From assembly GCF_009914755.1 (NCBI RefSeq), contig NC_060943.1: a DNA stretch of 64,000 nucleotides; one strand, 5' to 3'. Each line of letters starts with the position of its first letter. Positions within the stretch are counted from its first letter, which is position 1. This document shows positions 39,398-62,979 of the stretch, piece after piece. The translations under genes were made by a program, and so were the position numbers. Origin of the DNA: the human T2T-CHM13v2.0 reference genome, Homo sapiens. Below the pieces are notes generated by a model, which made no database searches, was not told where the DNA came from, and saw only the letters and a list, made by a program, of their open reading frames with translations.

Positions 39398-40534
39398 TCT
39401 TCTCTCATTCTTTTGAATCTGGTTCAGTCAGAACTTGCTCCCATTATTCTGCCAAAACTATTCTTGTGAAGATTACCAGTAATCTCCATTTTGCTAATAA
39501 TGCCATTTTTAACTTAGGAAGCACGATTTAGGCCGAACACGGTGGCTCACACCTGTAATCCCACCACTTTGGGAGGCCAAGGCAGGGAGATCACCTGAGG
39601 GCAGAAGTTCAAGATCTGAAGGGGTGGCCTGCCCCTCCATACCTGTGGGTGTTTCTCGTCAGGTGGAACGAGAGACTGAGAAAAGAAAGAGACAGAGACA
39701 AAGTGTGGAGAAAGAAAAGTGGGCCCAGGGGACCGGTGCTTACTGGTCTCTGAGTTCCCTCAGTATTTATTGATCATTATCTCTACCATCTCGGAGAGGG
39801 GGATGTGGCAGGACAATAGGGTAATAGTGGGGAGAGGGTCAGCGGGAAAACATGTAAACAAAAGTCTCTGTGTCGTAAACAAGGTTAAGAAAAGGTGCTG
39901 TGCCTTGATGTGCACGTGTACAAACATCTCGGTGCATTAAAGAGCAGTATTACCACTAGCATGTCTCTCCTCCAGCCCTAAGGTGGTTTTCTCCTATCTC
40001 AGTAAATAGAACATACAATTGGGTTTTACACTGAGACATTCTATTGCCCAGGGACGAGCAGGAGACAGATGACTTCCTCTTATCTGAACTGCAAAGAGGC
40101 CTTCCTCTTTTACTAATCCTCCTCAGCACAGACCCTTTTCGGGTGTCGGGCTGGGGGATGTCGGGCTGGGGGACAGTCAGGTCTTACCCTTCCCATGAGG
40201 CCATATCTCAGGCTATCACATGGGGAGAAATCTTGGGCAATACCTGGCTTTCCCAGGCAGAGGTCCCTGTGGCCTTCCACAGTGTATTGTGTCCTGGGTA
40301 CTTGAGATTAGAGAATGGTGATGACTTTTAACAAGCATACTGCCTTCAAGCACTTTTTTTTAACAAAGTACATCCTGCATAGCCCTTTGGTAAATCCATT
40401 AAACCTTGAGTCAACACAGCACATGTCTCTGTGAGCACAGGGTTGGGGCTAGGGTTACAGATTAACAGCATCTCAAGGCAGAAGAATTTTCTTGGTACAG
40501 AACAAAACGGAGTCTCTTATGTCTACTTATTTCT

Positions 40535-45127
<4,593 letters not shown>

Positions 45128-45130
<3 letters not shown>

Positions 45131-46107
45131 AAAAGGATACCCTATTGCTGCTGTTTCTTGATTTCCCTCAATCTCAATTGGGACTTTAATGCCATTTTCA
45201 TTTTTTCCTAGTCCCTTTCCTGGTATATATCCCATCTTAGTCGTGATTTTTTGATTTGTGGGGCTATATAATGGGGCAGGCATAGTGATTTCCTCACCCC
45301 ATTGTTGTAATAAATCTCGACCCCACAGATTAACGGGAATTGAAGTAATCATTGGCTGAACAGTACTTTCTTGATTATCTGGCCCTAAGCAATGTAAAAT
45401 CTCAGCACTTTGATACACTTCTGAGGCAGTGCCTACGCCGACAAGTCCTGTAACAGCCTTTTGTTTAGGCCAATTTTTTGGCCACCGATTGAAAGCAATG
45501 ATAGAGACATCTGCTGCAGTGTCTACCAACCCCTCAAACTGTTTTCCTTGAATAATGGCCTTACACACAGGTCTGCTCTCTGAGACCTGACTTGCCCAAT
45601 ATGCAGCCTAGCTGGATCAGTGCTTCCAAACCCTCCTGTTCTTTTTATCTCACTGTTTTCAACCTTAATATAAGGCAGGAATAATTAAGCAATCCTGTCT
45701 CCTGGACTGGCACTCCAAGGAACTGAGGAGCTAATAACCAATTGAATTTCGACTTTGTAGTCTGAATCAACCACACCAGTATGAATTTGAACTCCCTTTA
45801 GATTTAGACTCGATCTTCCTGAGATTAGTCCTACAGTCCCCTCAGTCCGTGGGCCATATATCCCTGTGGGGATTTTTTTGTGGGGGCTCCCTGGAAGCAG
45901 AGAGACTGCTTGTATAGTACACAAATCTACTGCTGCACTGCCGCTTGTGGCCGGGGACAGTTGCTGTATTGTGGTAACTGGCCCATTCCCTGAAGCACTT
46001 GTGACAGTGGGGGTTGTTGTCCCTGAAAACCCTGAGGAACAAAGGGCTAAATTGGGAATGCCCCAGTTTGTTGCGGGGCCTGAGGCTGGCCCCTCTTCTC
46101 GTTTCCC
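45128..46107 (-). pseudogene. pro: HERV-K pro (dUTPase-protease-G-patch), disrupted
   Basis: GGGAAAC slippery site at 46101-46107; dUTPase motifs GRSSLNLKG and GVVDSDY; protease active site reads DTA instead of DTG; GRDLL; G-patch KMGYIPGKGLGK. Confidence 0.92.
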
Positions 46108-48022
46108 GACAATGGTTGCCCATTTTTATCAAATTTAGAATGACATTGACTAGCCCAATGTTTTCCTTTTTTACCTCTTGGACATAAGTCAGGTGGCTCT
46201 TTATCTGTTCTTGTAGTAGTTTGAATAGTTATATTTTGTTTATTTGAGGCTGGGCAATTCTTTTTTTGATGACCAATTTGTCCACAATTATAACATTTTC
46301 CCCTAAATGTTCTAACTTGTCCTCCTAAAGCAAGTCCCGTTATTGCTTGAGCGATAAGCATAGCTTTATGCATAGCTCCTCCAATTCCATCACAGGCTTT
46401 TACGTACTCTTGAGATTACATCTGATCCCACTGGGACCTTTCCTTTTAATGGTTTAATGGCTGATTGACACTCAGGATTGGCATTTTCGTATGCCATCAA
46501 CTCCACTATGACCTTACGGGCATTCTCATTGGTAATTGACTTTTGAGCAGCATCTTGGAGGCTTGCCGCAAAATCAGGGTAGGGCTCCTTTAGCGCCTTG
46601 TCTTATTGTATTGAATGAGGGGCAGGCGGTTCCTGGGTCTTGGCTTTTTTCCCAGGCTCTAAGGCAGATAGGTCTAACTTGCTCAGTGGCCTCATTTTAC
46701 ATTATTGCTTGTTAATTAGTAGTGCTCCAATTTTGACCTGTTCCTAATAGTTGATCTGCATCTATGTTAACTGGAGGATTGGCAGCCCTATTTTTTTGGA
46801 CCTGTTCTTGTGCCCCATCAATCCACCAAGTCTTCACCAAGTCTTAAATTGTAAACATTGAGAGGGTGAGAGCGATCATTTGGCCAAAATCTCCCAATCA
46901 TAAAGAATGAGTCTATGTCCATGAGCAATGGAATCTAATAATGTCCTCATATAAGGGGAGTTGGGTCCATACTGTTTTACTCCCTCTTTCATATCTTTTA
47001 GCATTTTTATGGAAAAGGACTCATATCTGGCCTCAGCTAGGGGAGGCGCTCCCTCTTGGGCCTCTTCTTCAGGTGGTATCGGTTCTAATATTACTGGGAA
47101 TTGCCATGCCTCGGTATCTCCTTGTTTTCTTGCCTTATCAATAATTTTATGTAATGCACTACCCTGTCCACTAGGTGGTGGTGTAGGATTAAATCTCATA
47201 GTGGGCTGCTGAGGATATAGCGCCCTGCCCTGTGGTGCTGGAAACATTCCTGGCTGTCCATACTGATTTTCTGGGGGCGGCTGATCCTGAAGTTCGGCTG
47301 GCGGCCAGTATTGATAGGTTACTGGCGGTTGGGTCTTATTTTCCACCGGCTGATATTGTGGATACTGTATTTGGATTGGCATTGCCGTGACAGAGACTAT
47401 CTTTCCCTATTTGATATTCTTTTGGGGTTTGTACTTGTCTAACCTGCATTTGAGGTTGTAATGTTACAGGCATCTGAACTGCTGGGAGAGGAGTTGGCCA
47501 TCGTGGTTTAGACTCTGATGGCCCCACTAATTCTGGACCTTTTTCTTCTAATTTTAACATTTCAGGATATATCACTTCCTGTAATTGATTATAGTCAACA
47601 TTTTGCATTGACCGAACCATTACCGGCTCTGCTACGTATTTACAATGTGAACTTTCCGTTCCTTTCCCAGATTCTATCCCTGCCTCTTCTTCACAATCTA
47701 TTACACATTTTCCAGGGGCATCAGAAACTGAAATGCTATCTTCTCCTGTTTGAAACAGTTCTAAAGCTACTTTAATAATGGCCCAATCATTCCATACTGT
47801 AAGTGGGATGATTTTACCCTCCCTACTTGCTTGTTTTAATTCTTTGCCAATTTTTTCCCAATCTTTTAGATCTAAAGTTCCCCGTTCTAGAAACCATGGG
47901 CAGAATTGTTCTATTGTTTGAAATAGAGTGATTAGATTTTTTTTGTAGAGACTCTGACTCCCCCTCTTTTTAAAAGAATTTTAATAGAGCTAAGAGGCAT
48001 ATTTACTTTTAGTTTGTCCCAT
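45927..48022 (-). pseudogene. gag: HERV-K gag (disrupted)
   Basis: Starts MGQTKSKYAS; fragments include QYGPNSPYMRTLLDSIAHGHRLI and NC knuckle [14 protein letters not shown] (second knuckle has C->G); several frameshifts and a premature stop at 46047. Confidence 0.93.
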
Positions 48023-48147
48023 TGTTACCCTGGCTTCTTCTGAGCGCACAAGTTTACCGCAAAGGGTGACCATAGACGTACTCAGGAATCTCTCGTCGAC
48101 TTGTCCTCATTGACCACGCTCGAGCGTACCTTCACCCTAGAGAAAAG

Positions 48148-48165
48148 CACCTACGTTGGACACCC
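48148..48165 (-). promoter_or_regulatory. Degenerate tRNA-Lys primer binding site
   Basis: GGGTGTCCAACGTAGGTG, 2 nt after the 5' LTR, versus Lys1,2 PBS TGGCGCCCAACGTGGGGC (about 6 mismatches). Confidence 0.85.
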
Positions 48166-48167
48166 GA

Positions 48168-49135
48168 TGAAGGAGTGGCCTGCCCCTCCACACCTGTGGG
48201 TGTTTCTCGTCAGGTGGAACGAGAGACTTGAGAAAAGAAAGAGACACAGAAACAAAGTATAGAGAAAGAAAAGTGGGCCCAGGGGACCGGCGCTCACCAT
48301 ACGGAGGACCCGCGCCAGCACTGGTCTCTGAGTTCTCTCAGTGTTTATGGATCATTATCTCTACCATCTTGGAGAGGGGGATGTGGCAGGACCGTAGGGT
48401 AATAGTGGGGAGAGGGTCAGCAGGAAAACATGTGAACAGAGGTCTTTGTGTCATAAATAAGTTTAAGGAAAGGTGCTGTGCCTTGATGTACATGTATGCA
48501 AACATCTCGGTGCATTAAATAGCAGTATTGCTGCTAGCACGTCTCACCTCCAGCCCTAAGGCAGTTTTCTTCTATCTCAGTAAATAGAACATACAATTGG
48601 GTTTTACACTGAGACATTCTATTGCCCAGGGACAAGCAGGAGACAGGTGCCTTCCTCTTATCTCAACTGCAGAGAGGCCTTCCTCTTTTACTAATCCTCC
48701 TCAGCACAGACCCTTTACGGGTGTTGGGCTGGGGGGCGGTCAGGTTTTCCCTTCCCACGAGGCCATATCTCAGGCTATCACATGGAGAGAAACCTTGGAC
48801 AATACCTGGCTTTCCTAGGCAGAGGTTCCTGTGGCCTTCCACAGTGTATTGTGTCCCTGGGTACTTGAGATTAGAGAATGGTGATGACTTTTAACAAGCA
48901 CGCTGCCTTCAAGCACTTTTTTAACAAAGCACATCCTGCATAGCCCTAAATCCATTAAACCTTGAGTCAACACAGCACATGTTTCAGGGAGCACAAGGTT
49001 GGGGGTAGGGTTACAGATTAATAGCATCTCAAGGCAGAGGAATTTTTCTTAGTACAGAACAAAATGGAGTCTCTTATGTCTACTTCTTTCTACATAGACA
49101 CAGTAAGAGGCTGATCTCTCTTTCTTTTCCCCACA
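48168..49135 (-). repeat. HERV-K 5' LTR (LTR5B-like, 968 bp)
   Basis: Minus strand begins TGTGGGGAAAAGAAAGAGAGATCAG and ends CACTCCTTCA; directly followed by PBS. Confidence 0.95.
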
Positions 49136-49627
49136 AAGACCAGCTTGGCCAACATGGTGAAACCCTGTCTCTACTAAAAATACAAAAAAATTTAGCCAGG
49201 CATGATGGCACACGCAGGGATTCCCAGCTACCTTGGAGCTGAGGCAAGAGAATTGCTTGAATCCAGGAGGTGGAGGTTGCAGTGAACCGAGATCACACCA
49301 CTGCACTTCAGCCTGGGCAACAGAGCAGGACTCCACCTCAAAAAAAAAAAAAAAAAAAAAAGAATGCACCATTTCGCCTCATCTCTCAGCATTTGACATA
49401 ACCGATCATTCCTTCTTAAAACACTTTTTTTGGAAAATATGGGTGGAGCCAAGATGGCCAAATAGGAACAGCTCTGGTCTACAGCTCCCAGCGTGAACGA
49501 CGCAGAAGACGGGTGATTTCTGCATTTCCATCTGAGGTACCGGGTTCATCTCACTAGGGAGTGCCAGACAGTGGGTGCAGGACAGTGGGTGCAGCGCACC
49601 GTGTGCGAGCCGAAGCAGGGCGAGGCA

Positions 49628-49891
49628 TTACCTCACTCGGTAAGTGCAAGGGGTCAGGGAGTTCCCTTTCCTAGTCAAAGAAAGGGGTGACAGACGGCAC
49701 CTGGAAAATTGGGTCACTCCCACCCTAATACTGCGCTTTTCCAACGGGCTTAAAAAACAGCACACCAGGAGATTATATCCCACACCTAGCTCAGAGGGTC
49801 CTATGCCCATGGAGTCTCACTGATTGATCTCAGACTGCTGTGCTAGCAAACTGCAAGGCAGCAGTGAGGCTGGGGGAGGGGTGCCTGCCAT
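49628..49891 (-). pseudogene. L1 ORF0 remnant (antisense 5'UTR ORF)
   Basis: ATG at 49891 gives MAGTPPPASLLPCSLLAQQSEINQ* (TGA 49817-49819); in-frame ATG at 49810 gives MGIGPSELGVGYNLLV..SIRVGVTQFSRC, the ORF0 C-terminal half. Confidence 0.8.
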
Positions 49892-50484
49892 TGTCCAGGC
49901 TTGCTTAGGTAAACAAAGCAGCCTGGAAGCTTGAACTGGGTGGAGCCCACCACAGCTAAAGGAGGCCTTCCTGCCTCTATAGGCTCCACCTCTGGGGGCA
50001 GGGCACAGACAAACAAAAAGACAGCAGTAACCTGTGCAGACTTAAACGTCCCTGTCTGACAGCTTTGAAGAGAGTAGTGGTTCTCCCAGCACGCAGCTGG
50101 AGATCTGAGAACGGACAGACTGCCTCCTCAAGTGGGTCCCTGACCCCCGAGCAGCCTAACTGGGAGGCACCCCCCAGTAGGGGCAGACTGACACCTCACA
50201 TGGCCGGGTACTCCTCTGAGACAAAACTTCCAGAGGAACGATCAGGCAGCAGCATTTGCGGTTCACGAAAATCGGCTGTTCTACAGCCACTGCTGTTCTG
50301 CAGCCACTGCTGCTGATACCCAGGCAAACAGGGTCTGGAGTGGACCTCTAGCAAACTCCAACAGACCTGCAGGCGAGGCTCCTGTCTGTTAGAAGGAAAA
50401 CTAACAAACAGAAAGGACATCCACACCAAAAACCCATCTGTACATCACCATCATCAAAGACCAAAAGTAGATAAAACCACAAAG

Positions 50485-51498
50485 ATGGGGAAAAAACAGA
50501 GCAGAAAAACTGGAAACTCTAAAAAGCAGAGCACCTCTCCTCCTCCAAAGGAATGCAGTTCCTCACCAGCAACAGAACAAAGCTGGATGGAGAATGACTT
50601 TGATGAGTTGAGAGAAGAAGGCTTCAGACGATCAAACTACTCCCGAGCTACAGGAGGAAATTCAAACCAATGGCAAAGAGTTAAAAACTTTGAAATAAAA
50701 ATTATACGTATGTATAACTAGAATAACCAATGCAGAGAAGTACTTAAAGGAGCTGATGGAGCTGAAAGCCAAGGCTCAAGAACTATGTGAAGAATGCAGA
50801 AGCCTCAGGAGCCGACACGATCAACTGGAAGAAAGGGTATCAGTGATGGAAGATCAAATGAATGAAATGAAGCAAGAAGAGAAGTTTAGAGAAAAAAGAA
50901 TAAAAAGAAACAAACAAAGTCTCCAAGAAATATGGGACTATGTGAAAAGACCAAATCTATGTCTGATTGGTGTACCTCAAAGTGACAGGGAGAATGGAAC
51001 CAAGTTGGAAAACACTCTGCAGGATATTATCCAGGAGAACTTCCCCAATCTAGCAAGGCAGGCCACCATTCAGATTCAGGAAATACAGAGAACGCCACAA
51101 AGATACTTCTCGAGAAGAGCAACTCCAAGACACATAATTGTCAGATTCACCAAAGTTGAAATGAAGGAAAAAATGTTAAGGGCAGCCAGAGAGAAAGGTC
51201 AGGTTACCCACAAAGGGAAGCCCATCAGACTAACAGCTGATCTCTCAGCAGAAACTCTACAAGCCAGAAGAGAAGGGGGGCCAATATTCAACATTCTTAA
51301 AAGAATTTCCAACCCAGAATTTCATATCCAGCCAAACTAAGCTTCATAAGTGAAGGAGAAGTAAAATCCTTTACAGACAAGCAAATGCTGAGAGATTTTG
51401 TCACCAGCAGGCCTGCCCTAAAAGAGCTCCTGAAGGAAACACTAAACATAGAAAGGAACAACCTGTACCAGCCACTGCAAAAACATGCCAAATTGTAA
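50485..51498 (+). pseudogene. L1 ORF1 (frameshifted)
   Basis: MGKKQSRKTGNSK... and QEIWDYVKRPNL, REKG motifs in split ORFs 50485-50721 and 50756-51340; ends ...AKL TAA. Confidence 0.92.
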
Positions 51499-51561
51499 AG
51501 ACCATCAAGGCTGGGAAGAAACTGCATCAACTAATGAGCAAAATAACCAGCTAACATCATA

Positions 51562-55378
<3,817 letters not shown>

Positions 55379-56570
55379 ACAGTGAGAACACAGGGACACA
55401 GGAAGGGGAACATCACACTCCAGGGACTGTTGTGGGGTGGGGGGAGGCGGGAGGGATAGCATTAGGAGATATACCTAATGCTAAATGACGAGTTAATGGG
55501 TGCAGTACACCAACATGGCACATGTATACATATGTAACAAACCTGCACATTGTGCACATGTACCCTAAAACTTAAAGTATAATTTAAAAAAACAACAACA
55601 CATTTTTCACATGGCTTCTGGGGTTCCGTGCTCTCTTAATTTTTCTCCTTCCTCAATGGCTATTCCTTCTTAGTCTCCATTGCTGTTTCCTTCTCATCTA
55701 CCTGAAGTGACCCAGGGTTCAATCCTCAAACTTCCCTTTTTCATCCTTCCCCTTCTGTTTTGTATATAAAGGTACGCCCTGGGTGACCTCATCAAATCTT
55801 GTAGCTTTAAATGTTATTTCGTGATGACTTTCAAACTTATATTTGTAATCCAGATACCTCCCCAGAGTCACATACTTACACATTTGTGTCTATTGAACAT
55901 CTTCATTTGATATCTAATAGTTCAAAACCAGACTTTTCACAATCCCTCCCAGGTCTGCCCCATCACAGTGAGGAGTTCTCAGTAAGTAGCACTTCCATTG
56001 TTCCAACCTTTCAGGCAAAACCTGCATAGTCTTCCTTGTCTTCTCTTTTCATGTTACATGTCCATTCCACCAACAAATCCTCTGTAGTATACCTTCAAAA
56101 TATATCCACTATCTAATGATACCTCACTTCCTCCACCCTTACCTCCACCATCATCTGGTCTGAGTCAGGTGGATTATTGTTGTAGCCGCCTAATTTCTAT
56201 CCATCTAGCTTCTGTACTTTCCCATTAACTATCTTTGTATTTACTAATTTTGGCTCCCCAACTCAGAGTAAAAGTCGATTTTTTAAAGATGGCTGAGACT
56301 GAGGTCAGATGGATTTTTTCCTGTCTCTGAACTTTAGGCCTTGAATAGGTTCCAATTTTGTAAAATGGTTTATTTCTAATCCCTGCCCTTTTGTGGGTGA
56401 AGGCCTTGTCTCTTGAATTTTTTCAGAACACTAAGATACAACCTTAGGCTATTGAAGCCAGCAAATGTCCCAAGGGTAGCTCTAACTTCAGAGCATGTTC
56501 ACCTCTCCAGTTTCTGGCTCTCAGCTCTCACTTCATTGCTTGACTTCTTTATTTTCTTTTACTCTTGTCT

Positions 56571-56880
56571 TTTTTTTTTTTTTTTTTTTTTTTTTGAGCG
56601 GAGTCTCGCTCTGTCACCCAGGCTGGAGTGCAGTGGTGCAATCTTGGCTCACTGCAACCTCCACCTCCTGGTTCAAGTGATTCTCCTGCCTCAGCCTCCC
56701 GAGTAGCTGGGACTACAGGCGTGTGCCACCATGCCCAGCTAATTTGTGTGTGTGTATTTTTAGTAGAGAGGGGGTTTCACGAGTGTTAGCCAAGATGGTC
56801 TCAATCTCCTGACCTCGTAATCCGCCCGCCTCAGCCTCCCAAAGTGCTGGTATTACAGGCATGAGCCACTGCGCCCAGCC
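56571..56880 (-). mobile_element. Alu (AluSc-like)
   Basis: Reverse Alu with long T tract; TSD-like TCTTGTCT. Confidence 0.9.
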
Positions 56881-57631
56881 TTAATCTTGTCTATATTTTT
56901 AAAAGGATGTTTGTCATATTTTACCCACCATTTATTGGTGTTTGTTAAGAAATCTGATATACCATTCAGATACCAACTGTATCCACCTACTGTCACAGTC
57001 ATAATATACAACAGTTCTATTAACCATCCCTAAATTCCCTCATGCTTTCTTCTTTCATTGTCAACCTCTCCCCTTTCACCATTCCCAGCCTATGAAAAAC
57101 TACTCACCAAATTCCATCCATATAGTTTTGCTTTGTCAAGAATGTCATATAAATAGAATCAAAATATGGCTTTTCTCACTTAGCAAAATATATTTAAGAT
57201 TTATCCATATTGTTGCATGGATCAATTTGTTTCTGTTATTGTTGAGTAATGTTGCATGAATCAATACTTTGTTTCTGTTATTGCTGAGTAATGTTCCAGT
57301 ACCTGGAATGGCCAAAGTTTGCTGATTCATTCGCCTTTTGAGGGACATCTGGTAGTTCCAGTTTGGAGCACTTCTGAATAAAGCTGTTATAATCTTTGAC
57401 ATATAGATGTTTGTGTGAGCATAAGTGTAAATACTAATGTGACTGCTGTATCATATGCTAAATGTATGTTTAACATTATAAGAAACTACCACACTCTTTT
57501 TTACCATAGTTACAGTGTTTTGCACTCTCAGCAACAGTATTTGAGAATTTTTGTGTTCTGTTTCTTGATCTGTATTTCTAACTGAAATATTCTTTATCAC
57601 TGTAGACTCCTTCCCTTATATTGGATAATTG

Positions 57632-58113
<482 letters not shown>

Positions 58114-59953
58114 TAATTGCCTTTTTTCTCTCCAACATTCCATGAGATTATAGAACCCTTTCATTACGTTATAGACCTGTAGTAGTGCCTGGGAACTCTA
58201 GGATGTGTTCTTCCCAGAACACACAGAATTGTCCTTGAATAGACAAGTAAATAAGAGAAGACATGAGGCAAGGCATGAAGAAACAAAGGAAACTGTGAAG
58301 TAAGGATAAGTAAAAGCAACTTAGTATCCTATTTGAAAGGGATAGAGAGAGCTAAAGAGCAATTGGAGAGGCATATAGGATCATAGATTTAGTATGGAGG
58401 TGCTTTTGTTTCTATGTGTAAGGAAGTTATAGGGAAACCACAGATCACTGGTTTCTAGGCATGTACCACTAGGGTGGTATGAAGGGTTGATTACAGAGAA
58501 ACAGGACAAGGGTATTTAGGAGTGACAGAAGTATGACGGTGGGTGGATACATGATTTGTGTCCTTATAAGTCAAAGTTTCTTTTGTTTTTTCTCCTGTTT
58601 TTCATTCACCTGGTTTTTATTGAGTGCTTTCATTACCTAGTTTTTATTGAGTGCTAGACATCACAAAGAAAAGTTATAAGGTTTCAGTCCTTGGATAACA
58701 TTATACAAAATCCAATAAAGATTTAAGTTTGCTATGGCAAGCAGTCTTGAATCACCATAATCCAAATTTTTGAATTTGAGCTGATTCAAAGATGATTCAG
58801 ACTTCAGACTCTGTCCAGATTGGTCTACTGTTTCTCCTTTATTCCTCAGTATAGCTCTCAGGGTTCCCAACCCAAAGTATAAAGAATTCATGGCAGGCCC
58901 TATCCTCCAGTTATTGTTGCCCAGCCCTGTGACACAGTCCGAAACACTGTTTAGTTTCTCCCCCTCTTAGCTTTTTCTAGAATCATAAGACTTCTCTAAG
59001 TGGAAATGTGGACCCAGATGTTGGGCTTATCTCTTTGATTTTCATATTTTTCAATTTTTAGCCACCCACTCTTTATTATGTAAACGCTCCAGTGGCTTCA
59101 CTCAGGTGCCTTTTATAATTTGCTTAATTTGTATAATTGCTATCATCTAGAAGGTTGGTCTAAATTACCTAAATTACCAGAAATTAATGTTTAAGATTTA
59201 GGGGCTGATAATTAAATTAAGACCTGAAGAATGAGGAAGAGTGTTTGTATAGTCTCATCCAGAGCAGTCCAAAGAAATGGAATAGGCTCTGGCTAGCTTT
59301 TAATTGAAAAAGGTCTGTGACTTTTTCAGAGTTGAAAGGAAGCTAGTTTTTCTGGCAAATAAGGAGCGAAGCTGAGAAGGCTCAACAGATACATAAGCAA
59401 GGAGAAGACCATGGAAGGGGAAATAAGTCAAAGTCATTGAAGAGTTTGGATTTTATATTAATATGGAAGCTACTAAAAAGTATTAAGCAGATAAAGAAAA
59501 TCATTATCTGAATCTGAATCAGTTGATAGGAAGGATTAAAATTACAGATCTCCAGGATCTTTTTCTGATTCACTAGCAGTTAGTCTGGTGTAATGTTGGA
59601 CAGCTATAATTTTAACATGCTCCCCAGGTGATTTTGATCCCCACCAAGGCTTGAGAACTACTCACTTTAAAATTGTTCTTAATCTCTTCCCTTATCTTCT
59701 CAAGTGAGTTTTCATTATTCTCTAATCTCTCAGATGCCCCTTTCATATATTAATATATGAGATCCTTCTTAGCTAATTTTTTTTAAAATTCTAGATAGGA
59801 ACATTACTGTACCATGAAATCAGTGTAGTGGGGTTTGTCTGCATGTGTATGAGACAGAGAAATTGAAAAAAGTAGAAATATTGCAGAATAGAATAGAAAG
59901 CAGGGAAGATACTGTTTTATGAAACTGTATATATATAGTAGGTTGTGATGTGA

Positions 59954-62032
<2,079 letters not shown>

Positions 62033-62681
62033 ATTGTCTGATTATTTGAGATCACTATGAAGAGGTTCTCTGGTTGTTAGCAGCAAAGAATTCTCACAAA
62101 TGTGAATATGGGCGCACATTTGCCTCATAAAGCACAGCATCAGATAATTTATGTGAGAGAAAATGGTAGTGTCATTCATATAGAAAAACATCATTACTGG
62201 AAACCTATTAAACATTAGCAAATTGGAGAATAGTTTTAATATAGTAAATGTAGGAAGCCCTTTAGCCATATTGAAAACAAATATCTTTTTCAACGTTATC
62301 TTAGCTCTACTAGTTGATCATTTTGTTATATGTATCATGATACTTAACCTCTACCTTGGTTTAATCATTTTAAGATAGACCTAAGTATATTACCTTTATT
62401 GTAAGATTCTTGGAAGTATTATGTAAGTTATTACATGTAAAAGCTCTTAGAATGGTGCCTTGAACGTAGCATACCACAAATATTAGCTACCATTTTCACT
62501 AGTGTTATTTTAGAGAATTTGCATGAGAGGAGAGTACTTATGAGTATAATGAATATTGAGAAATCTTTTATCAACACATCCAAGATGACTTGGTTGGGGG
62601 GCCCTGTATGCCATAATGAATGTGAGAAAGCTGTCATTTAAATCTCATCCATTATTGCTATAAGAGGAAATTCATACTGTT

Positions 62682-62759
62682 AAAAAAAAAAAACCCAGTG
62701 GATATAATCAGTGTATTATTAAAAAAAAAAAACCCAGTGGATGTAATCAGTGTATTATT
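62682..62759 (+). repeat. 39-bp tandem duplication in the 3'UTR
   Basis: A12-CCCAGTGGATRTAATCAGTGTATTATT twice (62682-62720, 62721-62759), one mismatch. Confidence 0.95.
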
Positions 62760-62828
62760 GAGCACAGCTGTTAGAGAAGTGGGACAAGGTGTGAAGTGAT
62801 TTTTAACGAAGTCTAAGATCCAAAGTCT

Positions 62829-62834
62829 AATAAA
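62829..62834 (+). terminator. Candidate poly(A) signal of ZNF420 (further AATAAA at 63265 and 63316; ATTAAA at 62718)
   Basis: AATAAA ~800 nt downstream of the stop codon; which signal is used cannot be determined from sequence. Confidence 0.45.
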
Positions 62835-62979
62835 TCTAGGAATTTTTTAAAAACTTGAATGTATTGCTTTTGAAGTAAACAAAATAACTGATATTACAGA
62901 CTATTTTGCAATGAAAAATGATGAGAGTTTGTGATACAGACTGCTTTTTTCCTACCCTATATCTATTTTCTCTTTTTTA

